Origin: Promethearchaeota archaeon
GTDB taxonomy: Archaea > Asgardarchaeota > Odinarchaeia > Odinarchaeales > JBHLKK01
Length of the DNA stretch: 26,755 nt
Assembly: GCA_048939465.1 (NCBI GenBank)
Contig: JBHLPL010000013.1
Coordinates: forward strand, 1 to 26,755
Reading direction: 5' to 3'
Shown: positions 18,261 to 26,610 of the stretch, piece after piece
Position numbering within the stretch: position 1 is the stretch's first letter
Layout: each line of letters opens with the position of its first letter
Translations under genes and position numbers: made by a program
The notes under the pieces: generated by a model
Told to the model about the DNA's origin: nothing
The model's input: only the letters and a program-made list of their open reading frames with translations
Databases searched by the model: none

Positions 18261-18279
18261 AATCTGAGGGGAAAACGGG

Positions 18280-18561
18280 ATGGAATTCTGTCCGGAATGT
18301 GGAGCTCTCCTCGTGCCCAAAAAGAAGGGGGAAAAAACCCTCCTTGCTTGTCGAAAATGTGGTTTTACAAAGGAAGTCCACGATAAGCTTCTGGATTATA
18401 GGATTGTTTACCGAATTCCTCACTCTGAGAAGGAACGTCTGGCAATCGTTGAAGGGCCCTTAAGACAGAAGGTAAGTAAAGAAGAGAGAGAGGCCTTTGA
18501 GGACTTCTATGGAACTGGAGAGACCGAAGAGAGCGATACGGAAACGGAAGGAGAAGACTAG
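18280..18561 (+). CDS. TFS/RpoM-like protein with N-terminal zinc ribbon only and acidic tail
   Basis: MEFCPECGALLVP...LACRKCGF. No second CxxC pair and no ADE motif. Ends GETEESDTETEGED. Confidence 0.82.
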   Translation: MEFCPECGALLVPKKKGEKTLLACRKCGFTKEVHDKLLDYRIVYRIPHSEKERLAIVEGPLRQKVSKEEREAFEDFYGTGETEESDTETEGED

Positions 18562-18653
18562 TTTCATCTTTCACAGACTAACGCTTATATTCTTGGAAGT
18601 CTATTTTCTATCTGGTTTAAGATGTTTTATTTAGTAAAGGAGGAGGCTTCCTT

Positions 18654-18902
18654 TTGGAAGATAAGATTACAGCTTTCATAAGCATTACAACAGAGCACAC
18701 AACCCCGGAGAGTATCAGGGATCAACTGCTGAAGGTTGCAAGAATCGAGTGGCTGTACTTTGTCACCGGGGATTATGACTACATTATGAAGATTGCGTGC
18801 AAAGATATGGATGAGTTAAAAACCGCTGTGGTTGAGATTCGGAAGATTAAAGGTGTCAAAATATCAAACACCTCGATTATTCTAAGGAAACTAACTGACT
18901 AG
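18654..18902 (+). CDS. Stand-alone Lrp/AsnC ligand-binding (RAM) domain
   Basis: TAFISI, YFVTGDYDYIMKI...DMDELK..V..IRKIKGV..SNTSIIL. No HTH. TTG start after AGGAGGAGG. Confidence 0.85.
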   Translation: MEDKITAFISITTEHTTPESIRDQLLKVARIEWLYFVTGDYDYIMKIACKDMDELKTAVVEIRKIKGVKISNTSIILRKLTD

Positions 18903-19038
18903 ATTCCCAAAAGAAAGGATAACGATAGCGGGGCTAGAAACAGGAAGACATATACTCTGCAGGATGGGAGATCTGCCGAGTCGCAGTGTTTCTTTCATAT
19001 TTACCTTTTAGAAGGATCTGATCTGAGGTAATACATGC

Positions 19039-19050
19039 AAAAAAAAAGAG
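19039..19050 (-). terminator. Oligo-T terminator after the TrmB-rod gene
   Basis: Minus strand CTCTTTTTTTTT begins 2 nt after the TAA stop. Confidence 0.6.
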
Positions 19051-19052
19051 GG

Positions 19053-21563
19053 TTACGCAAGGTCTCTCAGCTTGATCTCTCTTGAAGATGCCATCCACAT
19101 AGGACCAAAGATTTTGTGAAACAGCTCTACGTATCCAGGATGTTCAGATATTGTGGCAACGATTCTTTGAGGTTCACCTACCGCGGGGGCAAGCATTACC
19201 TCCTCAGCATCTCTTGCACATCCGAAAGAATCGCGAGCGGGGCGATCCCACACACGTATATTGCCTTTCTCCAGCAATCGCTTAATCTTCGGCACATCCT
19301 TAGTCATGTCGATTCCAGTAACCACGTGGACTCTGATTTGGGGCCGTGTTGCTAGCAGGTTCTCGATGGGTACATCTGCCAATTCTGGGATAACGATTGT
19401 TATTGTGGATTTTGTCCTCAGCAGCATATCGGTGATATGAACGAGTATGGCCGTCTTAGTTACCAAATGCCAGGATTCTTGAGCTTCGGATAGGGCGGTT
19501 CTGGACACTTCATTCCATGCAGCCATCAGCATTTCTTCATTGTTTTTGGCATCAGCACCAATTAGATTCATGCTTTCACCAGCTTTTCTGTTAATATCAT
19601 TGCTGGTTGATTTAATTACATCTATAACGGAGTCAACGTTTCCTACTAACTTGGATTTAAGTTCCTTACTGTTATCAATGTACTGTGACTCGTGGGAGGC
19701 CAACATATCGGCGTTATTACTTATGAGCCTCTCTACGCTTTCTGTAAGTTTTTCTCCCAGACTGCTGTTCACCTCTTTGGCAAATGCTGCAAAGCTCTTT
19801 GCATGCTCACTTCCAAGGGTTTTGACATCTGATTTCATTGTCTCGGTTAGTTCTCTAAATCCCTCTGAAAATGCCTTAGACGACCCTTCTACAGAGGTCT
19901 TGCTATTACTATTGTCAGCAGTGTATTTCTGAATAGCTGCCGAGGTTTTCTCTTCAATCCTGCCTTTTGATTCTTCTATTGCCGAAGATATCTGTTCAGC
20001 ATCTGTGTTCAGCTTTGAGCTCACGTCATTCTCCAAGTTCAGTAGAGCTGATTCAAACTCTGATAAGGTATCTTTTATCGTACGTGCATATGCGGTCTGT
20101 AGTAGTTTAACAGCCGTCTTGAGTTTTTTATTCTGCCCGGTAATCGTTGCCGTAATAGCTTCCTTGCTCTGATCGCTGCTCTTCGCAAGTTCTTGAAGAT
20201 AACTACTTGTGGCCGTGGTGAAATTCTCACTTGCCGCAGCTACTTCCTCCGAAATCTTGGTTTGGACCTTATCTAAGGTATCCACAGAGCTTTGCTGTAT
20301 TTCTCCGATGCTGGTCTCGTACCAATCAGTATGCTTGTCCATTGCCGAAAGCACATCTTTCTTAAAATCTTCTGATAATTTGGAATACTGATCTAATTGG
20401 GATTGGAATGTTTCCGAAATCAGCTCAATTAGCTTTTCCTTTGTTTCTGAAAGGCTATTCTCAAAGGAACCCTTGTATTGAACTAGCACCTCAGAAAGAG
20501 TCTCCTTGAGGTTTGCTGTTTCGGTTCTTAATTCGTCGTGGCTTGCGGAGAGGGTCGTATTTATAGCATATTTCAAACTGTTTGCGCTCTCATCTACACT
20601 ATTCTTCATTGAGTCGACAGTCTCAGAAAAATACTTACAGCGTTGGGATGACATATCTTGGTGTTTGGACGACCATTCAACAAAATCCTGGGAGATCTTG
20701 TCGAGAAAACCAGTCATATCGCTCTTCAGTTTCTCCCTGAAGTCTGTAACAGCAGTGTTCAGATTCTTCTGGAGGTCAGAGAATTGCTCTTTATGGTGAT
20801 CAACGCTTGAGCTCAAAACGCCTTTGAGATATGTCAAGAGTTGGTCGGAAGTATCGTCGAATGAGCCTTTGCTCTCATCCAGAACACCTACCGTTTCGGC
20901 CTTCTGTGAAGTTATTTCTCTGGAAACATCTTCCAGATTTTTATCTAAATACGAGTCTAGCTCCTCTTTGAGACTAACAGCATCTGATTCGAATCTATCC
21001 AGCAGTGCGGACATTTCCCCTACAGCTGAATTTACGAAGGCATCTGTTTCAGTTTTATCACCTTTTACACGAGAGTCAATACCAGAAGACAGATGGGATT
21101 TGGATGACTCGAGGACCTCTTGGAGAGAAACTGTCGTGTCATCCTTTGTCTTCTGAATTTGCTCTTTGGCTTTGTTTACCTGTAGATTTACTGCATTTGA
21201 AAGGGATACCTTCCATTGTGAAACATCAGTTGTTAGCTTCTTCAGGAAGGATTTGATTACTGTATCTACATCATCCCTTATCCGAACAAGTCGACCTTGA
21301 AATGCTTGAAGTTGCTTGGCAAATCCCTCATATGGTGCTACGGCAGAAAATCGAGCAACCAAGCCGGGCGTCTCTTTTGCCATATGTCTTTCCTTCAGTT
21401 TTCCGAGAATCTCAATAGTCGTATCGTAGGGTATTTCAGTGTATAGAGAAACCTCGCTAGCGGTTAGTTGTCCTACTATAAGAAGATACACATACGTTTT
21501 GGCTTCTTCCTCTGACAGATTCAGCATATCCTTCAAAATTGCTTTTAGAGTAGGTTTTTCCAA
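19053..21563 (-). CDS. TrmB-type wHTH + about 615-aa helical repeat + TrmB C-terminal-like domain (836 aa)
   Basis: N-terminal LNLSEEEAKTYVYLL..G.LTASEVS..T.IP...RFSAVAP. Central proline-free 11-residue-periodic helix. C-terminal WHL....I...I.DML...K..I.IVIP, RVHVVT, ARD.EEV.LAP, A.ISEHP.YVELF...W. TTG start after AAGGTGA. Confidence 0.85.
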   Translation of the reverse strand: MEKPTLKAILKDMLNLSEEEAKTYVYLLIVGQLTASEVSLYTEIPYDTTIEILGKLKERHMAKETPGLVARFSAVAPYEGFAKQLQAFQGRLVRIRDDVDTVIKSFLKKLTTDVSQWKVSLSNAVNLQVNKAKEQIQKTKDDTTVSLQEVLESSKSHLSSGIDSRVKGDKTETDAFVNSAVGEMSALLDRFESDAVSLKEELDSYLDKNLEDVSREITSQKAETVGVLDESKGSFDDTSDQLLTYLKGVLSSSVDHHKEQFSDLQKNLNTAVTDFREKLKSDMTGFLDKISQDFVEWSSKHQDMSSQRCKYFSETVDSMKNSVDESANSLKYAINTTLSASHDELRTETANLKETLSEVLVQYKGSFENSLSETKEKLIELISETFQSQLDQYSKLSEDFKKDVLSAMDKHTDWYETSIGEIQQSSVDTLDKVQTKISEEVAAASENFTTATSSYLQELAKSSDQSKEAITATITGQNKKLKTAVKLLQTAYARTIKDTLSEFESALLNLENDVSSKLNTDAEQISSAIEESKGRIEEKTSAAIQKYTADNSNSKTSVEGSSKAFSEGFRELTETMKSDVKTLGSEHAKSFAAFAKEVNSSLGEKLTESVERLISNNADMLASHESQYIDNSKELKSKLVGNVDSVIDVIKSTSNDINRKAGESMNLIGADAKNNEEMLMAAWNEVSRTALSEAQESWHLVTKTAILVHITDMLLRTKSTITIVIPELADVPIENLLATRPQIRVHVVTGIDMTKDVPKIKRLLEKGNIRVWDRPARDSFGCARDAEEVMLAPAVGEPQRIVATISEHPGYVELFHKIFGPMWMASSREIKLRDLA

Positions 21564-21675
21564 AGTATATCACCTTTTAGAACCAGTAATTCCGGGGTAA
21601 AAGATCATTTTTAATATTCTTTTATTGATTTATATTAATTCCTATCACAACTGCAGTAAGGCAGGGGACATAGGG

Positions 21676-22728
21676 CTAGCTCTTGGGTTTGCTGAGATCT
21701 TTTGATTTGCCCTTAGTCTCTTTGCCCTTGGGCAACCTTTCTTCTTTTTCTTTGTCTTCGGTTCTTTTGCCCTCGGATTTCTTCTCTTCGGAGTCTTTCT
21801 CAAGTGTTTGGAAAGCTTCTTGGACTAATTCAAATATCTTGTTCAAAGTTCCCGTTTTTATGCCTTTTCCCAGTGGACTTTTCCCAGGAGGTTTAACATC
21901 AACTAATAGATACAGCTTTGTCCCATCCAAACGGTAAGTGACGTAGTCAGAGTACGGCTCTAGAGAAGTCATGTAATGTTTCAGTGAGTTCACAGTCTCT
22001 TTGGGTAGACTGGTACATTTGTCCTTAATCAGGAAGCTCAAGTACCAAAAGCCATACATCTCTTCGATAATGTCTACGTCCAAGTTGCTTATCTTGGCTA
22101 GATGACGTATTAGTAGCCTCAGTTTGCCTTCCGAATCCACGGGATCATTCAGTGGGTTTATCGTTGCAATTCCATTTTCAAGATCTAGATAAAGGAGCTT
22201 ACCATCTACTGAGACAAACATCATTTTCTCCGATATATTTGGGGAATTCTCGTCATCACCTTCGTCCGGAGTTATAGTCATTTCCTGAAAGTTCCTCTTG
22301 AACTCGTCCTTTAGAACCTCAACTAACTCTTTAGGATTCTTGGGAACAAACAGAGGAAGGGAACGAGCTTTCGGAATAATCTCCAGAAACAACTTGAGAG
22401 GCATCTTTGCATCTCTTAATGAGAGATACTTGATTTTTCCGTGCAGGTAGCGTTTAATCAGACTCGTACGCTGCTGAAGGCAATACTGAGGAAGGTCATC
22501 TAATGACATACCAAGGTCGATCATCACATTGAGGAATGGACGAGAGGAGCCGCATATGGGTTTAAAGGCACACTTTATGCGGTCAGACTCACATTCAACA
22601 CAGACTTCACAAATGTGTGAGAGCAGCTCTTCGACTAGAGAGAGTACACGCTCTCGGTTATCCTCTGATGAAATGAATCCTACCAGTTTTTCGCCGTATT
22701 TTTCTATGAAGTCTTTCTCTTTGATCAT
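21676..22728 (-). CDS. Hypothetical protein with N-terminal six-Cys cluster and charged C-terminal tail
   Basis: ICEVCVECESDRIKCAFKPIC-x23-C. Lys/Glu-rich disordered tail. 350-aa open frame. Confidence 0.8.
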   Translation of the reverse strand: MIKEKDFIEKYGEKLVGFISSEDNRERVLSLVEELLSHICEVCVECESDRIKCAFKPICGSSRPFLNVMIDLGMSLDDLPQYCLQQRTSLIKRYLHGKIKYLSLRDAKMPLKLFLEIIPKARSLPLFVPKNPKELVEVLKDEFKRNFQEMTITPDEGDDENSPNISEKMMFVSVDGKLLYLDLENGIATINPLNDPVDSEGKLRLLIRHLAKISNLDVDIIEEMYGFWYLSFLIKDKCTSLPKETVNSLKHYMTSLEPYSDYVTYRLDGTKLYLLVDVKPPGKSPLGKGIKTGTLNKIFELVQEAFQTLEKDSEEKKSEGKRTEDKEKEERLPKGKETKGKSKDLSKPKS

Positions 22729-22928
22729 CCGATATTTCTCTATTGATATCCCCTCAGTATTCAGAGGCCCTACATACTAACAGAATAGACCTGAAACATC
22801 AACTATGAGCCGAAAATAGGGCAATCTCTCTTTATGGATTGGCTGGTGGCAGTTTGCCAGGATTAACTCGATCATTTCCGATCCTGATGTCTTTTATTCC
22901 AGCCCATTTATCTTGCGAAATGCAGTTT

Positions 22929-22978
22929 CCGAACTAGTGTCTGAGTTCGGGTCTGCGGGTACATGAAGATACCCACAG
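22929..22978. other. Two adjacent hairpins in a 320-nt intergenic region
   Basis: CCGAACT-8nt-AGTTCGG (22929-22950) and CTGCGGGTA-8nt-TACCCACAG (22953-22978). The second is fully paired with one U-G wobble on the minus strand. Confidence 0.5.
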
Positions 22979-23047
22979 TTATATGTAGGCAATGCTTATT
23001 AAAAAGTATCGAAATTCACTCAGAATCTGAAGAGGCGGACTTCTCGA

Positions 23048-23734
23048 ATGGTGAAGATGAAATTCTACGGTCACTCAGCGTTTAGGCTGACTGGCGAAAA
23101 AAGTATAGTTCTCGACCCAGGCATTGTTAAAGGGAAGGCATTAGTTCCTTATGAGGAAAAGACCGACGCAGTCTGTATCACGCACAGACATAAGGATCAT
23201 TTTGGTAACGCTGTACAGATAGCAGAAAAGCACAAAGCCTACATAGTGGGAAATGAACAGACGATCGCTGTTGCATATAAGAAAGGAGTGACAGCGAAAT
23301 CATTGAAATACCTACGAGACAGCAGAACTCTAGTATTCGATGGAGTCTCAATTACAGGATATTCCCTAAGGCACGGCTTTCCTCTTATGAGATTCATTGT
23401 AAAAGTCATGGGATTTGTGATAAGTATGGGGGGAGTGTCTCTTGCGCATTTGGGAGACACCGTTTGGTGTGAGAATTTGAGGAGAATCAATGCAGATATT
23501 CTGCTCATACCGATAGGTGGAATCGTTACATTCAACATCAGGGAAGCTGCAGAAGCTGTGAAGATAATTAGACCAAAATTAGTCGTGCCTATTCACGCCG
23601 AAACATCAATTTCCACTACAGATTTTCGCCTCTTTGAACAAATGATAAGAGAAAAAACCCAAGGAATATATGTAAAAGCCATGAAAATTGGCGAAACGGT
23701 GGACTTAGGAGACATCATAAGAAAAAAATGGTAG
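23048..23734 (+). CDS. Metallo-beta-lactamase-fold metal-dependent hydrolase (UPF0173-like)
   Basis: FYGHSAF, IVLDP, THRHKDH (HxHxDH), HLGDT, PIGG..T...EA, PIH. Confidence 0.88.
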   Translation: MVKMKFYGHSAFRLTGEKSIVLDPGIVKGKALVPYEEKTDAVCITHRHKDHFGNAVQIAEKHKAYIVGNEQTIAVAYKKGVTAKSLKYLRDSRTLVFDGVSITGYSLRHGFPLMRFIVKVMGFVISMGGVSLAHLGDTVWCENLRRINADILLIPIGGIVTFNIREAAEAVKIIRPKLVVPIHAETSISTTDFRLFEQMIREKTQGIYVKAMKIGETVDLGDIIRKKW

Positions 23735-23743
23735 ATTATGCGA

Positions 23744-24130
23744 TCATATTTCAACAATTGTGACGCCTAAGAATGTTGTGGTTACCAAGTTCAGTATAAG
23801 AATTATCAGCAGGCACATAAATGATATCCATATAGCGTGCGAATGTGAGATATTTTGTCCCTTCTGGATCTCCACGATATATCGTACCGAATATATCAGC
23901 ACAATAAATGCAATTATGGGTGCGAGTTGAGGTATGCTAAGCCTACTTGCTATGGTTGATAAAGCAGGAATAGCAAAAACTGCAATTACAGCAACAACCA
24001 GTAGACGAAGGAGAAATGGAGCATCGGTTGTTTTCCGTCCGGCCACCAATCTTACTGAAATATATAGAGCTGCCAGTACCACCGCGATAGCAACAATATA
24101 CCATACAGCTGTATCAAGTGTTAATTGCAT
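23744..24130 (-). CDS. Hypothetical 4-TM membrane protein
   Basis: Four clear hydrophobic segments in 128 aa. GGAAG RBS-like site upstream. Confidence 0.7.
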   Translation of the reverse strand: MQLTLDTAVWYIVAIAVVLAALYISVRLVAGRKTTDAPFLLRLLVVAVIAVFAIPALSTIASRLSIPQLAPIIAFIVLIYSVRYIVEIQKGQNISHSHAIWISFMCLLIILILNLVTTTFLGVTIVEI

Positions 24131-24225
24131 ACTTCTTCCCCTCTTTTTGAATCAGGTATATACTGAGAGGTTTCAAATTAAGCTTTCCGTACGCAGGAAT
24201 GTTAAAACTGTGGAGAGAGCTTTTT

Positions 24226-25380
24226 TCACGTAACTATTGCCTTCAGCAAATCTGCATCAATGGCCCTTTTAATCTCAAAGATTGTCCTTCTTCCTGTAGA
24301 CATCCTTTCCCTCCATAACACATTTCCATACGGAGCACCATTCCACATATGGACATTTGTCCCGCCACCAACCCTTGTGGCTATATCGTATATTACCGGC
24401 TTCATGTCGCTTTTTATTATCGTCTGAATAGTAAATGACCCGACCATTCCCGGTGAGAAGTATTCCCTAGTGGCCTTCACGAATTTCTCTGCCAGTGGAA
24501 ATATGTTTCTCAGAAGACTTTCTCGTATCGTACAGTTGTTGTGACCAACAACAGTCATTATAGGATTCTTCTGATGCTCTGGAAGAGTTAATTGTTGGGC
24601 CGCAGGTATTCTAACCAATCCATCCAGCGAAGATTCAAAACGCCAGTCAATTCCCATAAGTTCTATCGGTTCTTCACCTAGTTCTTCTGACACAGGAGAG
24701 TAGAAGAAGTTGAAATTCATCACAGGGCCGATGGCATACTCCTCAATCCTTGCTTTTTTGAGGTCTTCCGGGGTTATGATTCCTTGCCGGATTAACTCGT
24801 CCGATTTCTTTCTGTACTCTTCAGGACTGCCTGTAGTAAAGAATCCTCTTTCCAGTTTCATTTGGGCATGGTGAAGTTTTACCATTACCAATCTGTCAAT
24901 TTCGTCAGGATCATCAATCTTCTTCGGGATCGGAAGGCCAGCCTTCTCACATACCCAATAATAACTCCTTTCCTCTTCTCGTTCTTCCATACGGAGGAGA
25001 TTCCGACTTCCTACGTAGGGTACACGAAAATCATTCTCCACAGCGTCGATACCACAGTAACAGACGAAGGATCTGTTGGGAATCCAGAGAATGTTCTTTT
25101 CACGTACGAACTTCTCATATTCCAATATCTCTTTGAAAGATTCGAGAACAATAGGATGATCAACGCATCCTTTCACAAGCGCATCATCGTGATATTTGGA
25201 TTTGAAATACCTTGTATATGGCTCATCCCTTCCCTTTTCGCACCACACATATGTTTCAAAACCCTCATCCTTTGCCCCATCTGCTATATCCAGAGCAGAG
25301 TGCGAACCTATACACCCAATGGCAATTTTCCCTTTGTCGTATTCACCTAGAATCTCCCAGATTTCCTCTCTCTCGATCAA
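24226..25380 (-). CDS. purP: PurP-like ATP-grasp protein (FAICAR synthetase family, DUF1246/DUF1297)
   Basis: IGSHSALDIADGAKDEGF, PNRSFV.Y, IEEY.IG, YSP, FESSLDGLVRIPA..QL, IRESLL, RVGGGTN, MSTGRR...EI. TTG start at 25380 after GGAGG. Paralogue subtype uncertain. Confidence 0.85.
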   Translation of the reverse strand: MIEREEIWEILGEYDKGKIAIGCIGSHSALDIADGAKDEGFETYVWCEKGRDEPYTRYFKSKYHDDALVKGCVDHPIVLESFKEILEYEKFVREKNILWIPNRSFVCYCGIDAVENDFRVPYVGSRNLLRMEEREEERSYYWVCEKAGLPIPKKIDDPDEIDRLVMVKLHHAQMKLERGFFTTGSPEEYRKKSDELIRQGIITPEDLKKARIEEYAIGPVMNFNFFYSPVSEELGEEPIELMGIDWRFESSLDGLVRIPAAQQLTLPEHQKNPIMTVVGHNNCTIRESLLRNIFPLAEKFVKATREYFSPGMVGSFTIQTIIKSDMKPVIYDIATRVGGGTNVHMWNGAPYGNVLWRERMSTGRRTIFEIKRAIDADLLKAIVT

Positions 25381-25650
25381 AGCGCAACCTCCTATGTTTT
25401 TTGCCTTTTTTATGATTATGCACACGTTTTTTATATCGTTTTTCCAATAATAGGGTAATCTCCCCAAACTCGATGAGGAGAACTGGCAAGAATGACCTTT
25501 TTTGGAATGACTTATTATAGTTACTCCGAGAGGGGGAATAGAACCAAAGCAGAAGACATCATCGGAGAATCATCTTATGCCTTCTCAATCCAATAGCGAG
25601 AGTTAAACTTTTATTTTGATTCATTACGTTCAGTAAGAAGGAGAGGAATC

Positions 25651-26550
25651 ATGTTTCTTTTTAAGAGAGAACAGAAAGTCTTTGATATAAACGGAATTAA
25701 GGTTGGCGGTCAACCTGGACAGCTTCCAACAGTTCTTATTGGAAGTGTTTTCTATAAGGGGATGAAGCAGGTAAGAAATCACGAGAAAGGGATTTTTGAG
25801 CGGGACAAAATCGAGAATTATATTAAAAAAGCGGATAGCTTGTCGGAGGAGACGGGCAATCCCCATTTTCTTGACGTAATCGCTTCTTCTCGAGAGGCAA
25901 TGATTAAGTATCTAAGTTTTGTGTCTGAAATTACGGAGGCCCCATTCCTCATCGATGGTACTACCAAGGATGTGAGGATTGCTGGAGCAGAATATGTGAA
26001 CGAGGCAGGACTTGCCAACAGGGCAATATGGAACTCAATCTCTCTCGAAACTACAAGACGCGAACTGTCAAGTCTTAGAGATTATAAGATAAAATCAGCC
26101 ATTCTTTTGACATTCAATCCGCTGAATTACAGGTCAGAAGGAAGAATTGAAGTCCTTAGAGGACTACTTGAATTGGCCGAGAGAGGCAGTGTTGAGAATA
26201 CTCTTGTCGACACCACGGTCCTCGATATGCCAAGTATCGGATTCGCAGCCCAGGCAATACGCTCTGTAAAAGAGATTTATGGGCTGCCGAGTGGTTGTGC
26301 TCCTGCGAATGCAACATACATGTGGAAAAAAAAGAAGCAGGACTTTCTTGCGGGGGCTTTCAAGGTGTGTGATTCGGCAACACATGCGTTTCTTGAGGCA
26401 ATGACCGCCGACTTCCTAATATATGGACCGGTTAGATCATGCAGACGTGTCTTCAAAGTTTCAGCTATGACAGATGCGCTAATCGCCCACTACATGAGTC
26501 AGTTCACAAAACCTTTGACAAAGAACCATCCCTTTTACTGCATCTTTTGA
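25651..26550 (+). CDS. mtrH: MtrH-like pterin:corrinoid methyltransferase
   Basis: MFLFKREQKVFDINGIKVGGQPGQLPTVLIGSVFY, FERDK.E..I......SEETGNP, PFLID.T....RIAG, IWNSI, GLPSGCAP.NA, ADFLIYGP. No other mtr subunits adjacent. Confidence 0.85.
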   Translation: MFLFKREQKVFDINGIKVGGQPGQLPTVLIGSVFYKGMKQVRNHEKGIFERDKIENYIKKADSLSEETGNPHFLDVIASSREAMIKYLSFVSEITEAPFLIDGTTKDVRIAGAEYVNEAGLANRAIWNSISLETTRRELSSLRDYKIKSAILLTFNPLNYRSEGRIEVLRGLLELAERGSVENTLVDTTVLDMPSIGFAAQAIRSVKEIYGLPSGCAPANATYMWKKKKQDFLAGAFKVCDSATHAFLEAMTADFLIYGPVRSCRRVFKVSAMTDALIAHYMSQFTKPLTKNHPFYCIF

Positions 26551-26610
26551 AACAAAGCGTATTGTGAGTCTAGATAGATTATGACAAAAAAGGAATAATG
26601 GTGATCTGCT

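Noticed and set aside
19053-21563. SMC/Rad50 or methyl-accepting chemotaxis identity for the long helical protein
   Set aside because: No Walker A/B, signature motif, hinge or Zn-hook, no MCP hairpin-tip motif, and no transmembrane segments.
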